The position numbers were made by a program, and so were the translations under genes. 64,000 bases of DNA, taken from assembly GCA_963729625.1 (NCBI GenBank), contig CAVSOU010000010.1, positions 1,024,001 to 1,088,000 on the forward strand. The letters run 5' to 3'. Position 1 is the first letter of the stretch; every line of letters starts with the position of its first letter. The notes under the pieces are model-generated. The model saw only the letters and a list, made by a program, of their open reading frames with translations, searched no databases and was not told the origin of the DNA. This DNA is from an uncultured bacterium (GTDB lineage Bacteria > Chloroflexota > UBA5177 > JANWHV01). Below, in pieces: positions 55,958 to 64,000 of the stretch.

Positions 55958-56972
55958 GGCTCGCCTCCCGCAACGCATCCAGCCTGTCGAGGTTGCTCCA
56001 CGACATGGCAATATTGCCAACTTCCAGTTGATGAACCATCCGCACAAGCTCGCGGGTCAAGGGCATGGGCAGGCCATATGAAGCTCCAATGTCTGCGGCC
56101 AGGCCGATTTGTTCGTCTACCTCGGTCTTCCGATGACGGACCGCAAGATCGCGCCAGATACCGCTCTTGGCCTTCAAATCCCGACGGCGCCGGGCCACCA
56201 GCGCATCCAGAGAGCGATCGATCGCCGCCGCATCGCGGTGCTCCGGCGGGTAGTAGAGCGACGGCTCGACATTGTCGAACGGCTCCACGCGCACACCCTC
56301 GCGCGCGGCCACCGAGTAGATCTCGCTCGCCAGCTCGACCATCAAGAGGCGATAGCGGTCGATGACGTCTGCCATCGTTTCATCCGCCAGTGCCGTGGCA
56401 AACAGCATGTTGGCGTAGCCCATCTTTCCCCACAGGTAGCCCCAGATGTTATCGGTGACTGTCGCCGTTCCCCAGGCGGACAACATGGCTTGCAGCGATT
56501 GAACGCGCGGTGATATCAAGCCGCTCAACTCGCCCAGGTACAGGCTTCCGACCCCGCCATATGCGATCACGCCGGGCTCGAGATAGTCGGCCGAGAAGTT
56601 CACGAAACTGCCGATGGTGCGCTCCGGCCCGATACTTCCGGCGATGATCCGCTCGCACAGGCCGTTCTGGAGAGAAACGACCATGGCATCTGGAGCCAGC
56701 AAATGGGCGAATGCGTTCAATGCCGCCTTCGTATGCTGTGATTTGACCGCCAGCAACACGATATCCAGGCTGCCGGACAAGTCCTCCGGCAGACATGCAT
56801 CCGCGGGCACGGTAAAGGTCTCGGCAAAGCCGCGTATCGTAAGGCCGTGCTGGCCCATCGCCGCCACGTGATCCCGGTCCTGGTCGACGAGCTTCACCGC
56901 GTTGCCGCCGCGTGTAAGATAGGCGCCAATCGTGCCGCCGATGGCGCCCGCGCCCACCACTGTTACAGTCAT
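55935..56972 (-). CDS. Ketopantoate reductase (PanE/ApbA) family protein
   Basis: GAGAIGG, LAVKS, SLQNG, WGK, RKTEVD. Confidence 0.9.
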   Translation of the reverse strand: MTVTVVGAGAIGGTIGAYLTRGGNAVKLVDQDRDHVAAMGQHGLTIRGFAETFTVPADACLPEDLSGSLDIVLLAVKSQHTKAALNAFAHLLAPDAMVVSLQNGLCERIIAGSIGPERTIGSFVNFSADYLEPGVIAYGGVGSLYLGELSGLISPRVQSLQAMLSAWGTATVTDNIWGYLWGKMGYANMLFATALADETMADVIDRYRLLMVELASEIYSVAAREGVRVEPFDNVEPSLYYPPEHRDAAAIDRSLDALVARRRRDLKAKSGIWRDLAVRHRKTEVDEQIGLAADIGASYGLPMPLTRELVRMVHQLEVGNIAMSWSNLDRLDALREASHALHPTV

Positions 56973-58345
56973 GCAATCTCTCCTGCAGTGCGCCAGAAAT
57001 CGGCCCATACCGCGAGGCCGTCCCATAGCCGTGACAGCCGAAAGAATTCGTTGGGCGCGTGGAAGTCCTCATCCGCGGTTGAGAACGAGAAGAATACCGT
57101 GTCCATGCTCAGCTCGCGCCGGAACGTGTCGCTCACCGGTATGGTGCCGCCGCTCAGGACGGTTACCGGCTCCTGGCCATAGCGTCGCCGAAGGGCCATG
57201 CGAGCGATCCGCAGTGCCGGATGCCCTGGATCGATTCGGTAGGCCGGTGCGGCGCCCGGGTGCGGGACAATCGACAGGGTCACGCCCGGCGGTGTCTGTG
57301 CACGCAGGTGTGCGGTCAATCGGTGCAGGATTTGCTCGGGATCCTGACCTGGCACAAGCCGGCAGGACAACTTCGCGTGCGCGGTGGCGGGAATGACCGT
57401 CTTCGAGCCCGGGCCCTGGTATCCGCCATAGAGGCCGTTTGCCTCCACGGTAGGTCGAAGCCATTGACGCTCAAGCGTGCCGAAGCCCTCCTCGCCGTAC
57501 AGCGCCGGAGCTCCAATCGCCTGGCGGTACGCTTCGTCCTCGTAACCCAATGCCGCGATCTGCTCGCGTTCGGCCCGGCTTGGCTCCATAACGCCGTCGT
57601 AGAAGCCCTCGACAGCGACAGAGCCGTCGGCACGATGCAGGCCGGCGATAAGTGAGGCGACCGCATGCAACGGATTCTGCACCGCACCACCGTGCCTGCC
57701 TGAATGCAGATCGGATCGCGTCCCGCGTACTTCGACGTCGAGCGTGACGATGCCGCGGCTGCCCACGGTGACCGACGGCTCGGTGATACGCCACATGGCG
57801 CCATCGGCACTGAGCGCGTAATCCGCCGCGAGGCGGCCCGCCTCCTGCCGGACCAGATCGTCCAGGTGCGCGCTGCCGATCTCCTCCTCTCCTTCGATGA
57901 GCAGCTTCACGTTGATCGGCAGCCGCCCATGCGTGGCGAAGAACGCCTCAGCAACCTTGATCGGGATGAACACCGATCCTTTGTCGTCGCTGGCGCCCCG
58001 CGCGTAGATTCGCTCGTTTCTGATTTCTGGCTCGAACGGCGGTGAAAGCCATTGGTCGACCGGGTCAGGCGGCTGAACGTCGTAGTGACCATAGACGAGC
58101 ACCGTGGGACGCCCTGGCGCGCCCAGCCACTCGGCATAGACGGCGGGGTGTCCGCCGGTGGCAAGCTGCTCCACGTTGAATGGACCTGCCTCCTTCAAGC
58201 GATCGCCGATCCAGTCCGCACCGGCCTGGACGTCCGCGAGACGCGCAGGATCGGTGCTGACGCTCGGGATGCGCAGGAAGTCCAGCAACTGATCCAGGAT
58301 TTGATTTCGATGCTTTTCCAGATATGCTTCTGCGGTCTCTTGCAT
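56969..58345 (-). CDS. M20 family dipeptidase
   Basis: YGHYDVQP, RGASDDKG, EGEEE, DLHSG, HAPNE. Confidence 0.95.
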   Translation of the reverse strand: MQETAEAYLEKHRNQILDQLLDFLRIPSVSTDPARLADVQAGADWIGDRLKEAGPFNVEQLATGGHPAVYAEWLGAPGRPTVLVYGHYDVQPPDPVDQWLSPPFEPEIRNERIYARGASDDKGSVFIPIKVAEAFFATHGRLPINVKLLIEGEEEIGSAHLDDLVRQEAGRLAADYALSADGAMWRITEPSVTVGSRGIVTLDVEVRGTRSDLHSGRHGGAVQNPLHAVASLIAGLHRADGSVAVEGFYDGVMEPSRAEREQIAALGYEDEAYRQAIGAPALYGEEGFGTLERQWLRPTVEANGLYGGYQGPGSKTVIPATAHAKLSCRLVPGQDPEQILHRLTAHLRAQTPPGVTLSIVPHPGAAPAYRIDPGHPALRIARMALRRRYGQEPVTVLSGGTIPVSDTFRRELSMDTVFFSFSTADEDFHAPNEFFRLSRLWDGLAVWADFWRTAGEIA

Positions 58346-58408
58346 GTTCCCCCAATCAGCCAGAAACCGGCGCCGCTTCCATAACCGGTCCGGCAGGCCA
58401 ACGCAACG

Positions 58409-59185
58409 CTAGAACATCGAGCTCCCGCCGTCGATACTCAACACCTGTCCGGTGCACCAGGCCGCGTAGTCGGACGCAAAGAACAGCACACCGTAGGCTA
58501 TGTCGTCTGCCGTGCCCAGCCGTTTCAGTGCAAGGCTCTCGACAAGTTGCCGCTGCCCGTCGGGGCCATACGACTCCCATTGCTTTTCCGTAGTCGGATT
58601 GCTTCGCACGAATCCCGGCGCGATGTTGTTGGCCGTGATGCCCCATGGTCCCAACTCCTGCGCGAGCTGGCGAGTCAAGCCAATTTGACCTGCCTTGGCG
58701 CTTGCGTACGCCTGGATGCCGGTGAGGCTGACGCTGCGACCTGCACCGGACGAGATGTTGACGATGCGGCCGTAGCGCCTGCTCTTCATCGACGGCGCGA
58801 CGGCGCGCGCCATGTAGAATGCGGCGTCCAGATTGACGCGAAAGATCGCGTGCCAGTCGTCGGCGCCCACGGTCTCGAGTGGACGGCCAGTTTGTCCCAG
58901 CACGCCGCCGGCATTGTTGACCAGGATATCCACACGCCCCGCGGTGGCCAGCACTTCGTCTACGAAGCCGCGCACTTCGCCCTCGACCGTGACATCGACC
59001 TTGCGAACCGCACACAGGCCGCCCGCGGCGGTGCAGGCCTGCGACGTCTCGGCAAGCTCGTCGTCGCGTACATCGCAGGCCCACACCGACGCGCCGTGCT
59101 TCGCAAGCTGTACGCTTATCGCCCGGCCGAATCCATGCGCGGCGCCGGTGACGATCGCCGCCCTGCCGCCAAAGCTAAAGTCCAT
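58409..59185 (-). CDS. SDR family oxidoreductase
   Basis: TGAAHGFG, NNAGG, YASAK, APG. Confidence 0.93.
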   Translation of the reverse strand: MDFSFGGRAAIVTGAAHGFGRAISVQLAKHGASVWACDVRDDELAETSQACTAAGGLCAVRKVDVTVEGEVRGFVDEVLATAGRVDILVNNAGGVLGQTGRPLETVGADDWHAIFRVNLDAAFYMARAVAPSMKSRRYGRIVNISSGAGRSVSLTGIQAYASAKAGQIGLTRQLAQELGPWGITANNIAPGFVRSNPTTEKQWESYGPDGQRQLVESLALKRLGTADDIAYGVLFFASDYAAWCTGQVLSIDGGSSMF

Positions 59186-59864
59186 TGATGACCTCGCGGG
59201 TTTCTTCGACGCCGATCTGCCAGAGTGCCAGCATCTTGTCGTCGGGCTTCTCGTAGGCGCCGCCGTAGTTTCCATCGCCGATCACATCTCGAACGCCCGC
59301 TGGCGGCAACCGGCGCAACCGCTCCAGGTCCGCCATCTGCTTCCGGCCGGCAGGGACTGGCGCCACGCGGGTCCAGGGAAAATTCTCCATCCAGGAACCA
59401 TGCGAAGCGGCTGGATCGATCTCCTGTACGGCTTTCCACGTCCGCGGCGCGTTCCACCAGTTGTGCAACACCACTGTCATTTCAGGATGATCAGCCACCC
59501 ATTCGCCTGCCAGCGACCCAGCTGGAATGTTGCCGCCATGCCCGTTTACCAGCACGATACGTCGGAATCCGTGGCCGGCCAGCGAGTCCAGTATGTCGCG
59601 CACGACCGCGAGATACGTTGAAACACGAAGGCTCACCGAGCCGGGGAACGACAGAAAATAGGGCGTGATGCCGTATGGTATAGCCGGGAACACCGGAACT
59701 CCAAGCGGCTCTGCTGCATCTACTGCGACGCGCTCGGCGAGAATAGCATCGGTTCCCAGACTGAGGTAGCCGTGCTGCTCCACACTGCCCAATGGGACCA
59801 CCCCCCGGTTGTCTCCACCCAAATAGCGCTCCAGCTGCATCCAGTTCAGTTCCGTGACTCTCAC
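59175..59864 (-). CDS. Creatininase family cyclic amidohydrolase
   Basis: GSVEQHG, GTD, NGHGGN, HGS..E; AGGAGG RBS before GTG. Confidence 0.93.
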   Translation of the reverse strand: MRVTELNWMQLERYLGGDNRGVVPLGSVEQHGYLSLGTDAILAERVAVDAAEPLGVPVFPAIPYGITPYFLSFPGSVSLRVSTYLAVVRDILDSLAGHGFRRIVLVNGHGGNIPAGSLAGEWVADHPEMTVVLHNWWNAPRTWKAVQEIDPAASHGSWMENFPWTRVAPVPAGRKQMADLERLRRLPPAGVRDVIGDGNYGGAYEKPDDKMLALWQIGVEETREVINGL

Positions 59865-60117
59865 TGTTTCCTCCTGATCTACTGCCCCAGGGTGGGGCGC
59901 GAGCAGCCCGGCCCGCACTTGCACGCCATTGCCTCGACCATGACAAGCATATCAGCCACGCCAAGCGACGTTGATCTCAGCTCCCGTCAGGTCTTCGAGC
60001 ACGCCCATGTCAAGCTGTATCATGCATGCGATTACATGCGCCCAGGATTGGAACTTCGCGGCGACGCGACGATCAGGTCCCTAGCGTGTTTCATCACCTG
60101 CGAGAAAGTGAGGGTTC

Positions 60118-61932
60118 ATGTCACGCCGACTGAGCCGAAGTGAGGTGCCGGTCGAGGAGACCTGGGACCTGTCTGATATCTACGAAACTCCCGACTTGTG
60201 GGTAGAAGACGCGGCGCATATTCGCGCGGATATCGATGCCCTTCTAGCCTATCGCGGGCGCCTCTCCGAAGGAGGCACGATCCTTCTACGCTGCCTTGAG
60301 GCCCAGGATGAACTGGCTGGGCGTCTGGACAGAGTGCGCATGTACCCCTACTTCGCGCTGAGTGCTGACGGCGAATGCCCTGAGAACCAGGCGATGGCCG
60401 CTCAGGCTGACACGCTTTCAGCACAGGCGAACGCGGCGCGGTCCTTCGTGATGAGCGAGCTACTTGCGCTGCCGGCAGGCACGATCGGGCGCTACCGGCG
60501 AGAGGTGCCGGGCCTGGCGCGCTACGATGCTTTGCTGGAGGAAATACTGGCCCGGCGACCGCATATCTTGCTGCCTGAAACTGAGAGGGTGTTGGCCGCA
60601 CTCGGCCAGACGTTGAAAGCGCCAGAGACGATCTGGAATGCGGCCACAGCCGTGGATATGGATTGCCCCGCGGCCCGTGATGCAGCCGGTGAGGAGTATC
60701 CAGTCTCGATCTCCGGCTTCGTGTTTGGGCACGCCTATTCCTCGGACCGTACACTGCGCGGTACGGCGTATGACGCACTGTCCGCTGGACTTGGCGGGGT
60801 GAAAGCCACGCTCGCAAACACCCTGGCAACGCACATCCAGCAGAATGTGGCCATGGCACGGCTACGCGGCTATGCTTCCGCGAGCGAAATGATCCTCGCC
60901 AGGCAGCAGGTGCCCGTGGACGTCTACAGCGCAGTACTCGACGTTGTGCACGACGCCATGGCCCCGCATGTGCGTCGGTTGGCTCGCCTCCGCGCTCGTC
61001 TCATCGGAGTGGAGCGGCTTGAGCGATACGATCTCGAAGCCCCGCTCGACACAAGCTATACGCCGGAGACGACGTTCGAAGAAGGCAAGCGTATTGTGCA
61101 GGACGCGCTGCGCATCCTCGGCGACGAGTACGGATCGCTGATCACCACGGCATTCCGTGATCGGTGGATCGACCGCGCCGACAACATCGGCAAGGGCAGC
61201 GGCGCCTACTGCTGGCCCGTCTATGGCGTTCATCCCTACGTCTTCACTACTTGGCGCAACACGCTGCGCAACGCGTTTACGCTCGCGCACGAGCTTGGCC
61301 ACGGCGGCCACTACACGGCAATTCTTCGGCACCAACCGATCAGCACGTTCAGACTCGAGCCACTCAGCCTTCTGCTGGAGGCGCCATCCACCGCGAATGA
61401 GCTGCTGCTTGCCGAGCACTTGTTGCGCGCCACCTCCGAACCGCAACTCCGTCGCTGGATCATTCTCCAGTCTCTGGGCACGTTCACGCACAACATGGTC
61501 ACACATTTGCTCGAAGGGCACTTTGAGCGGCGACTCTACGCGTTGGCCGAGGCGGGCATGCCCCTGACGCTGGCCACGATCATGGAGGTACAGGGTGATG
61601 TGTTTGAGCGCTTCTACGCCGGTACGGTCGCTATCGATGACAGGGCGCGGCTCTACTGGGCGCAGCAGCCGCATTTCTACATGAATCACTATTCGTACAC
61701 CTATGCCGCGGGCGTCGCCAGTGGCTATGCCGCCGTTCGCGCCATGTACTCCGAAGGCCAACCTGCCGTGGACCGCTGGCTCAACATGCTCACCGCCGGC
61801 AATTCGCTGCCTCCGATCGAGGCGTTACGCCGCGCCGGAATAGATATCACGAATCCAGACGTCCTGACGGAGGCGGCCAGCCGCTTTGGCACACTGATCG
61901 ACGAGCTCGCGCAGGGCTTTTCCCGCGACTAA
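60118..61932 (+). CDS. pepF: Oligoendopeptidase F (M3B)
   Basis: TWDLSDIY, WID..KGSGAY, TLAHELGH, EAPSTANE, HFY..YSYTYA. Confidence 0.93.
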   Translation: MSRRLSRSEVPVEETWDLSDIYETPDLWVEDAAHIRADIDALLAYRGRLSEGGTILLRCLEAQDELAGRLDRVRMYPYFALSADGECPENQAMAAQADTLSAQANAARSFVMSELLALPAGTIGRYRREVPGLARYDALLEEILARRPHILLPETERVLAALGQTLKAPETIWNAATAVDMDCPAARDAAGEEYPVSISGFVFGHAYSSDRTLRGTAYDALSAGLGGVKATLANTLATHIQQNVAMARLRGYASASEMILARQQVPVDVYSAVLDVVHDAMAPHVRRLARLRARLIGVERLERYDLEAPLDTSYTPETTFEEGKRIVQDALRILGDEYGSLITTAFRDRWIDRADNIGKGSGAYCWPVYGVHPYVFTTWRNTLRNAFTLAHELGHGGHYTAILRHQPISTFRLEPLSLLLEAPSTANELLLAEHLLRATSEPQLRRWIILQSLGTFTHNMVTHLLEGHFERRLYALAEAGMPLTLATIMEVQGDVFERFYAGTVAIDDRARLYWAQQPHFYMNHYSYTYAAGVASGYAAVRAMYSEGQPAVDRWLNMLTAGNSLPPIEALRRAGIDITNPDVLTEAASRFGTLIDELAQGFSRD

Positions 61933-61935
61933 CGT

Positions 61936-61965
61936 GGTACCACCCCGGAACCCGCAGGGTGGTCA
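61936..61965. terminator. Hairpin between convergent genes
   Basis: ACCACCC...GGGTGGT inverted repeat right after the pepF stop; no U-tract. Confidence 0.35.
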
Positions 61966-62015
61966 CCAATCGGCGATGGAGTGGATGGCCGGTGTCACCT
62001 TGATCCGTATTTGGC

Positions 62016-64000
62016 TCACGGATTGTCCACGGCCGCCTCGTTGGAGCCCACGGGCGACGGCACCACGGCCACTACCCGATGGTCTGCCGTGCGGATGATG
62101 GTCACGGCGTTGCCGCCGATGCTGGCCACGTACACGTATTTTCCGTCCGCCGTCACGTCGGGGCCGTGCGGCTGCGCCGCCACCGGCAGCGTTGCGATGA
62201 CGTTGCGGCGCGCGGCATCGATCACGCTGACCTGGTTGCCCAGCTGATCGGCCACATACACGGTGCGCCCGTCCGGCGTCACCACCAGCAAGGCCGGGCC
62301 CTTCCCTACCGGGACGGTCGCCACCACCCGCAGCGTGCGCTCGTCGATGACCGAGACATCGTTGGCGGTCTGATTAGCGACCCAGACCTCGTGGCGCGGC
62401 CCATCCACGGCCACGCCGTAGGCGCCCGGCGCGGTGATCACGGTCCGGACCGGTGTGAGTGTCGTGGTGTCCACGGTGTAGATCCAGGCGCCGCCGGCGC
62501 AGGCCACGAACACGGTCTTGCCGTCTTCCGCGATGTCGATGCCATGGGGCTCGAAGCAGGTACCGTCGGGGAATTCGATCTGTTTGCTCTTGCCTGTCGT
62601 CAAATCGAGCACGGAGAGATCGTTGGAGCGGAAGTTCGTCACGAAGGCCCGCCGTTGATCGGGTGTGAAGACCACGTGGGCGGGTCCCAGGCCTACCGCA
62701 AAGGTGCGTACCACGCGCATGTCGCGCAGATCGATCTGGGACACCGTGCCGGGGTCGGCCCCGAAGTTGGTCACGAAGGCATAGGGTGTGCCGTCCAGTA
62801 CATCGACGCCGTGGGCCTGCACACCGGTATGCAGGACCGGCCCGCCCAGCTTGCGTACGCCGTTCGAGCCCATCTCCGTCACCAGCACCGTGTAGGGCAG
62901 GGCGCGGGAGAGCGCTAGGTTGTACGCCTGGCCGAGGTTGGTTGAACGTGCCGGCAGGCCCGCTGGATTGGTCCCGGTCCGCGGCGTGAGTAAACGCATG
63001 GATCCGCTCAGCGGCACGTAGTACGTGACCTGGTTGAGTGTGACCCAGGCACCGGCACGCTCTGCCTGGATGGTGAGACCCCAGCGGCCGTTCATGGGTG
63101 CGAAGGCGTTGTGCACGGCCCAGCGCCCGCCGCCCTGCGGCGTGGCCGGCAAGGTCAGGACGCCCATGTCCATGTCCAGCGATTGCGAGAGCAGGCGTAC
63201 CGCGGCGGCTTGCCCAATGCCGGTGAGCGTGAAGCTGTTTGGTGCGCTGATCAGGCCGGGCGACACTGTGGTGTTCACGGTGGACTGGCCAGACTGGTCC
63301 AGGAAGGAGGCGCCCGGCCCCACCAGGAACGCCAACGATAGGTCGCGGAACTCGCTCGGGTCGTCACGCGTGCGCACGAGCACGTCGGCGCGCCACTGTC
63401 CATTCTGGGCCAGGTCGCCCGTGCCGTCATAGCCTCCGGCAGTGGGCGTGGTCTCCACGAAGGTGTAGCCCAGGGACGGTTGTGCCGGCACGCTCAGTCT
63501 GATGCGCACCTGCCCGTCGGTCACTGCGCGGCCTCGCTTCTCCACGATCACGCGGAACTTCGTGCTGCCCAGGGCCGGCGGTGTGATCGTCAGTGTCGCC
63601 CGCAGCACGCCTACTGTGGTACTCCCGCCTATCGCACCAGGCGTCGCCACAGTGGGAGCAGACGTCGCCGACGCAGTTGGCGTGCCAGCAGTTGGCGTCG
63701 GCGTGCTAAAGACCGCGACGGCGGGCGCTGTCTGCCCCATCAACGCCACGCAGAGCAGGACTCCGGTGCCGAGCAGTGGCTCGATGCGCAGGCGGGCGGC
63801 CAGCGATGTGTACCCGCGTGCTGCAGCCGGAGCATCAGATGGTAGCGTTCGCAGCCTGGGGCGTGTCAGGAACACATGCGAGGCGCTGAGCAGCATGATC
63901 GCGCCGATCAGCGCCAGCTTCGCCAACAAGAACCGTCCATAGAGGGTCCCGGTGAGGCGGTCCAGACTGTCCAGATGGACCTGCGCGTTGAACATGCCCG
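62016..64000 (-). CDS. CopD-like TM + YtkA/FixH-like domains + YVTN beta-propeller fusion (5' part outside window)
   Basis: TLYGRFLLAKL..L (CopD C-terminus), two Ig-like modules with G.W and MDMG, repeated (F/Y)VTN/VAN blades. Confidence 0.75.
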   Translation of the reverse strand, partial: GMFNAQVHLDSLDRLTGTLYGRFLLAKLALIGAIMLLSASHVFLTRPRLRTLPSDAPAAARGYTSLAARLRIEPLLGTGVLLCVALMGQTAPAVAVFSTPTPTAGTPTASATSAPTVATPGAIGGSTTVGVLRATLTITPPALGSTKFRVIVEKRGRAVTDGQVRIRLSVPAQPSLGYTFVETTPTAGGYDGTGDLAQNGQWRADVLVRTRDDPSEFRDLSLAFLVGPGASFLDQSGQSTVNTTVSPGLISAPNSFTLTGIGQAAAVRLLSQSLDMDMGVLTLPATPQGGGRWAVHNAFAPMNGRWGLTIQAERAGAWVTLNQVTYYVPLSGSMRLLTPRTGTNPAGLPARSTNLGQAYNLALSRALPYTVLVTEMGSNGVRKLGGPVLHTGVQAHGVDVLDGTPYAFVTNFGADPGTVSQIDLRDMRVVRTFAVGLGPAHVVFTPDQRRAFVTNFRSNDLSVLDLTTGKSKQIEFPDGTCFEPHGIDIAEDGKTVFVACAGGAWIYTVDTTTLTPVRTVITAPGAYGVAVDGPRHEVWVANQTANDVSVIDERTLRVVATVPVGKGPALLVVTPDGRTVYVADQLGNQVSVIDAARRNVIATLPVAAQPHGPDVTADGKYVYVASIGGNAVTIIRTADHRVVAVVPSPVGSNEAAVDNP

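Noticed and set aside
61972-62000. GGCGATGGAGT, resembling the start of a fluoride riboswitch
   Set aside because: Lacks the following TCGCC pairing and downstream conserved elements; lies between convergent gene ends

Overview
GC-rich bacterial DNA; the gene style is compatible with a soil Chloroflexota-like organism (inference). Five blocks are present. (1) 0.45-22.5 kb: an uncharacterised sugar/sugar-acid catabolic regulon (sugar ABC transporter, AKR, kduD/kduI/eda, LarA-family racemase, two FucI/AraA-like isomerases, FGGY kinase, several dehydrogenases, cupin PGI). Seven copies of a palindromic operator (consensus CNTGTMATTACAGG) each lie just downstream of a sigma70-type promoter, one of them in front of a GntR/UTRA regulator. 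(2) 24-32 kb: large cell-surface proteins, namely an Ig-repeat/Thr-Pro linker/YVTN propeller gene frameshifted inside a 30-bp tandem repeat, and a divergent receptor-like Ser/Thr (pseudo)kinase with ASH-like ectodomains. (3) 33-42.7 kb: a sulfur/redox island (YeiH transporter, small Cys-rich protein, CstR-like CsoR repressor with two C-tract operators, and the operon tusA-mvhD-hdrA(GltD insert)-hdrA-wHTH-hdrC-like-CCG-dsrE2). It looks like a persulfide-regulated, NAD(P)H-linked Hdr-type complex with no hydrogenase or lipoate-binding genes, and is the best candidate for an undescribed system. (4) 44.5-62 kb: an amide/peptide catabolic locus (creatininase-like, SDR, M20, PanE-like, amidase plus small partner, duplicated DppA, GntR, dppBCDF, AstE/AspA, pepF). 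(5) 62-64 kb: partial CopD/YtkA/beta-propeller fusion. I saw no rRNA, tRNA, CRISPR array or intact mobile element. All family calls come from motif recognition by eye, not from database searches.
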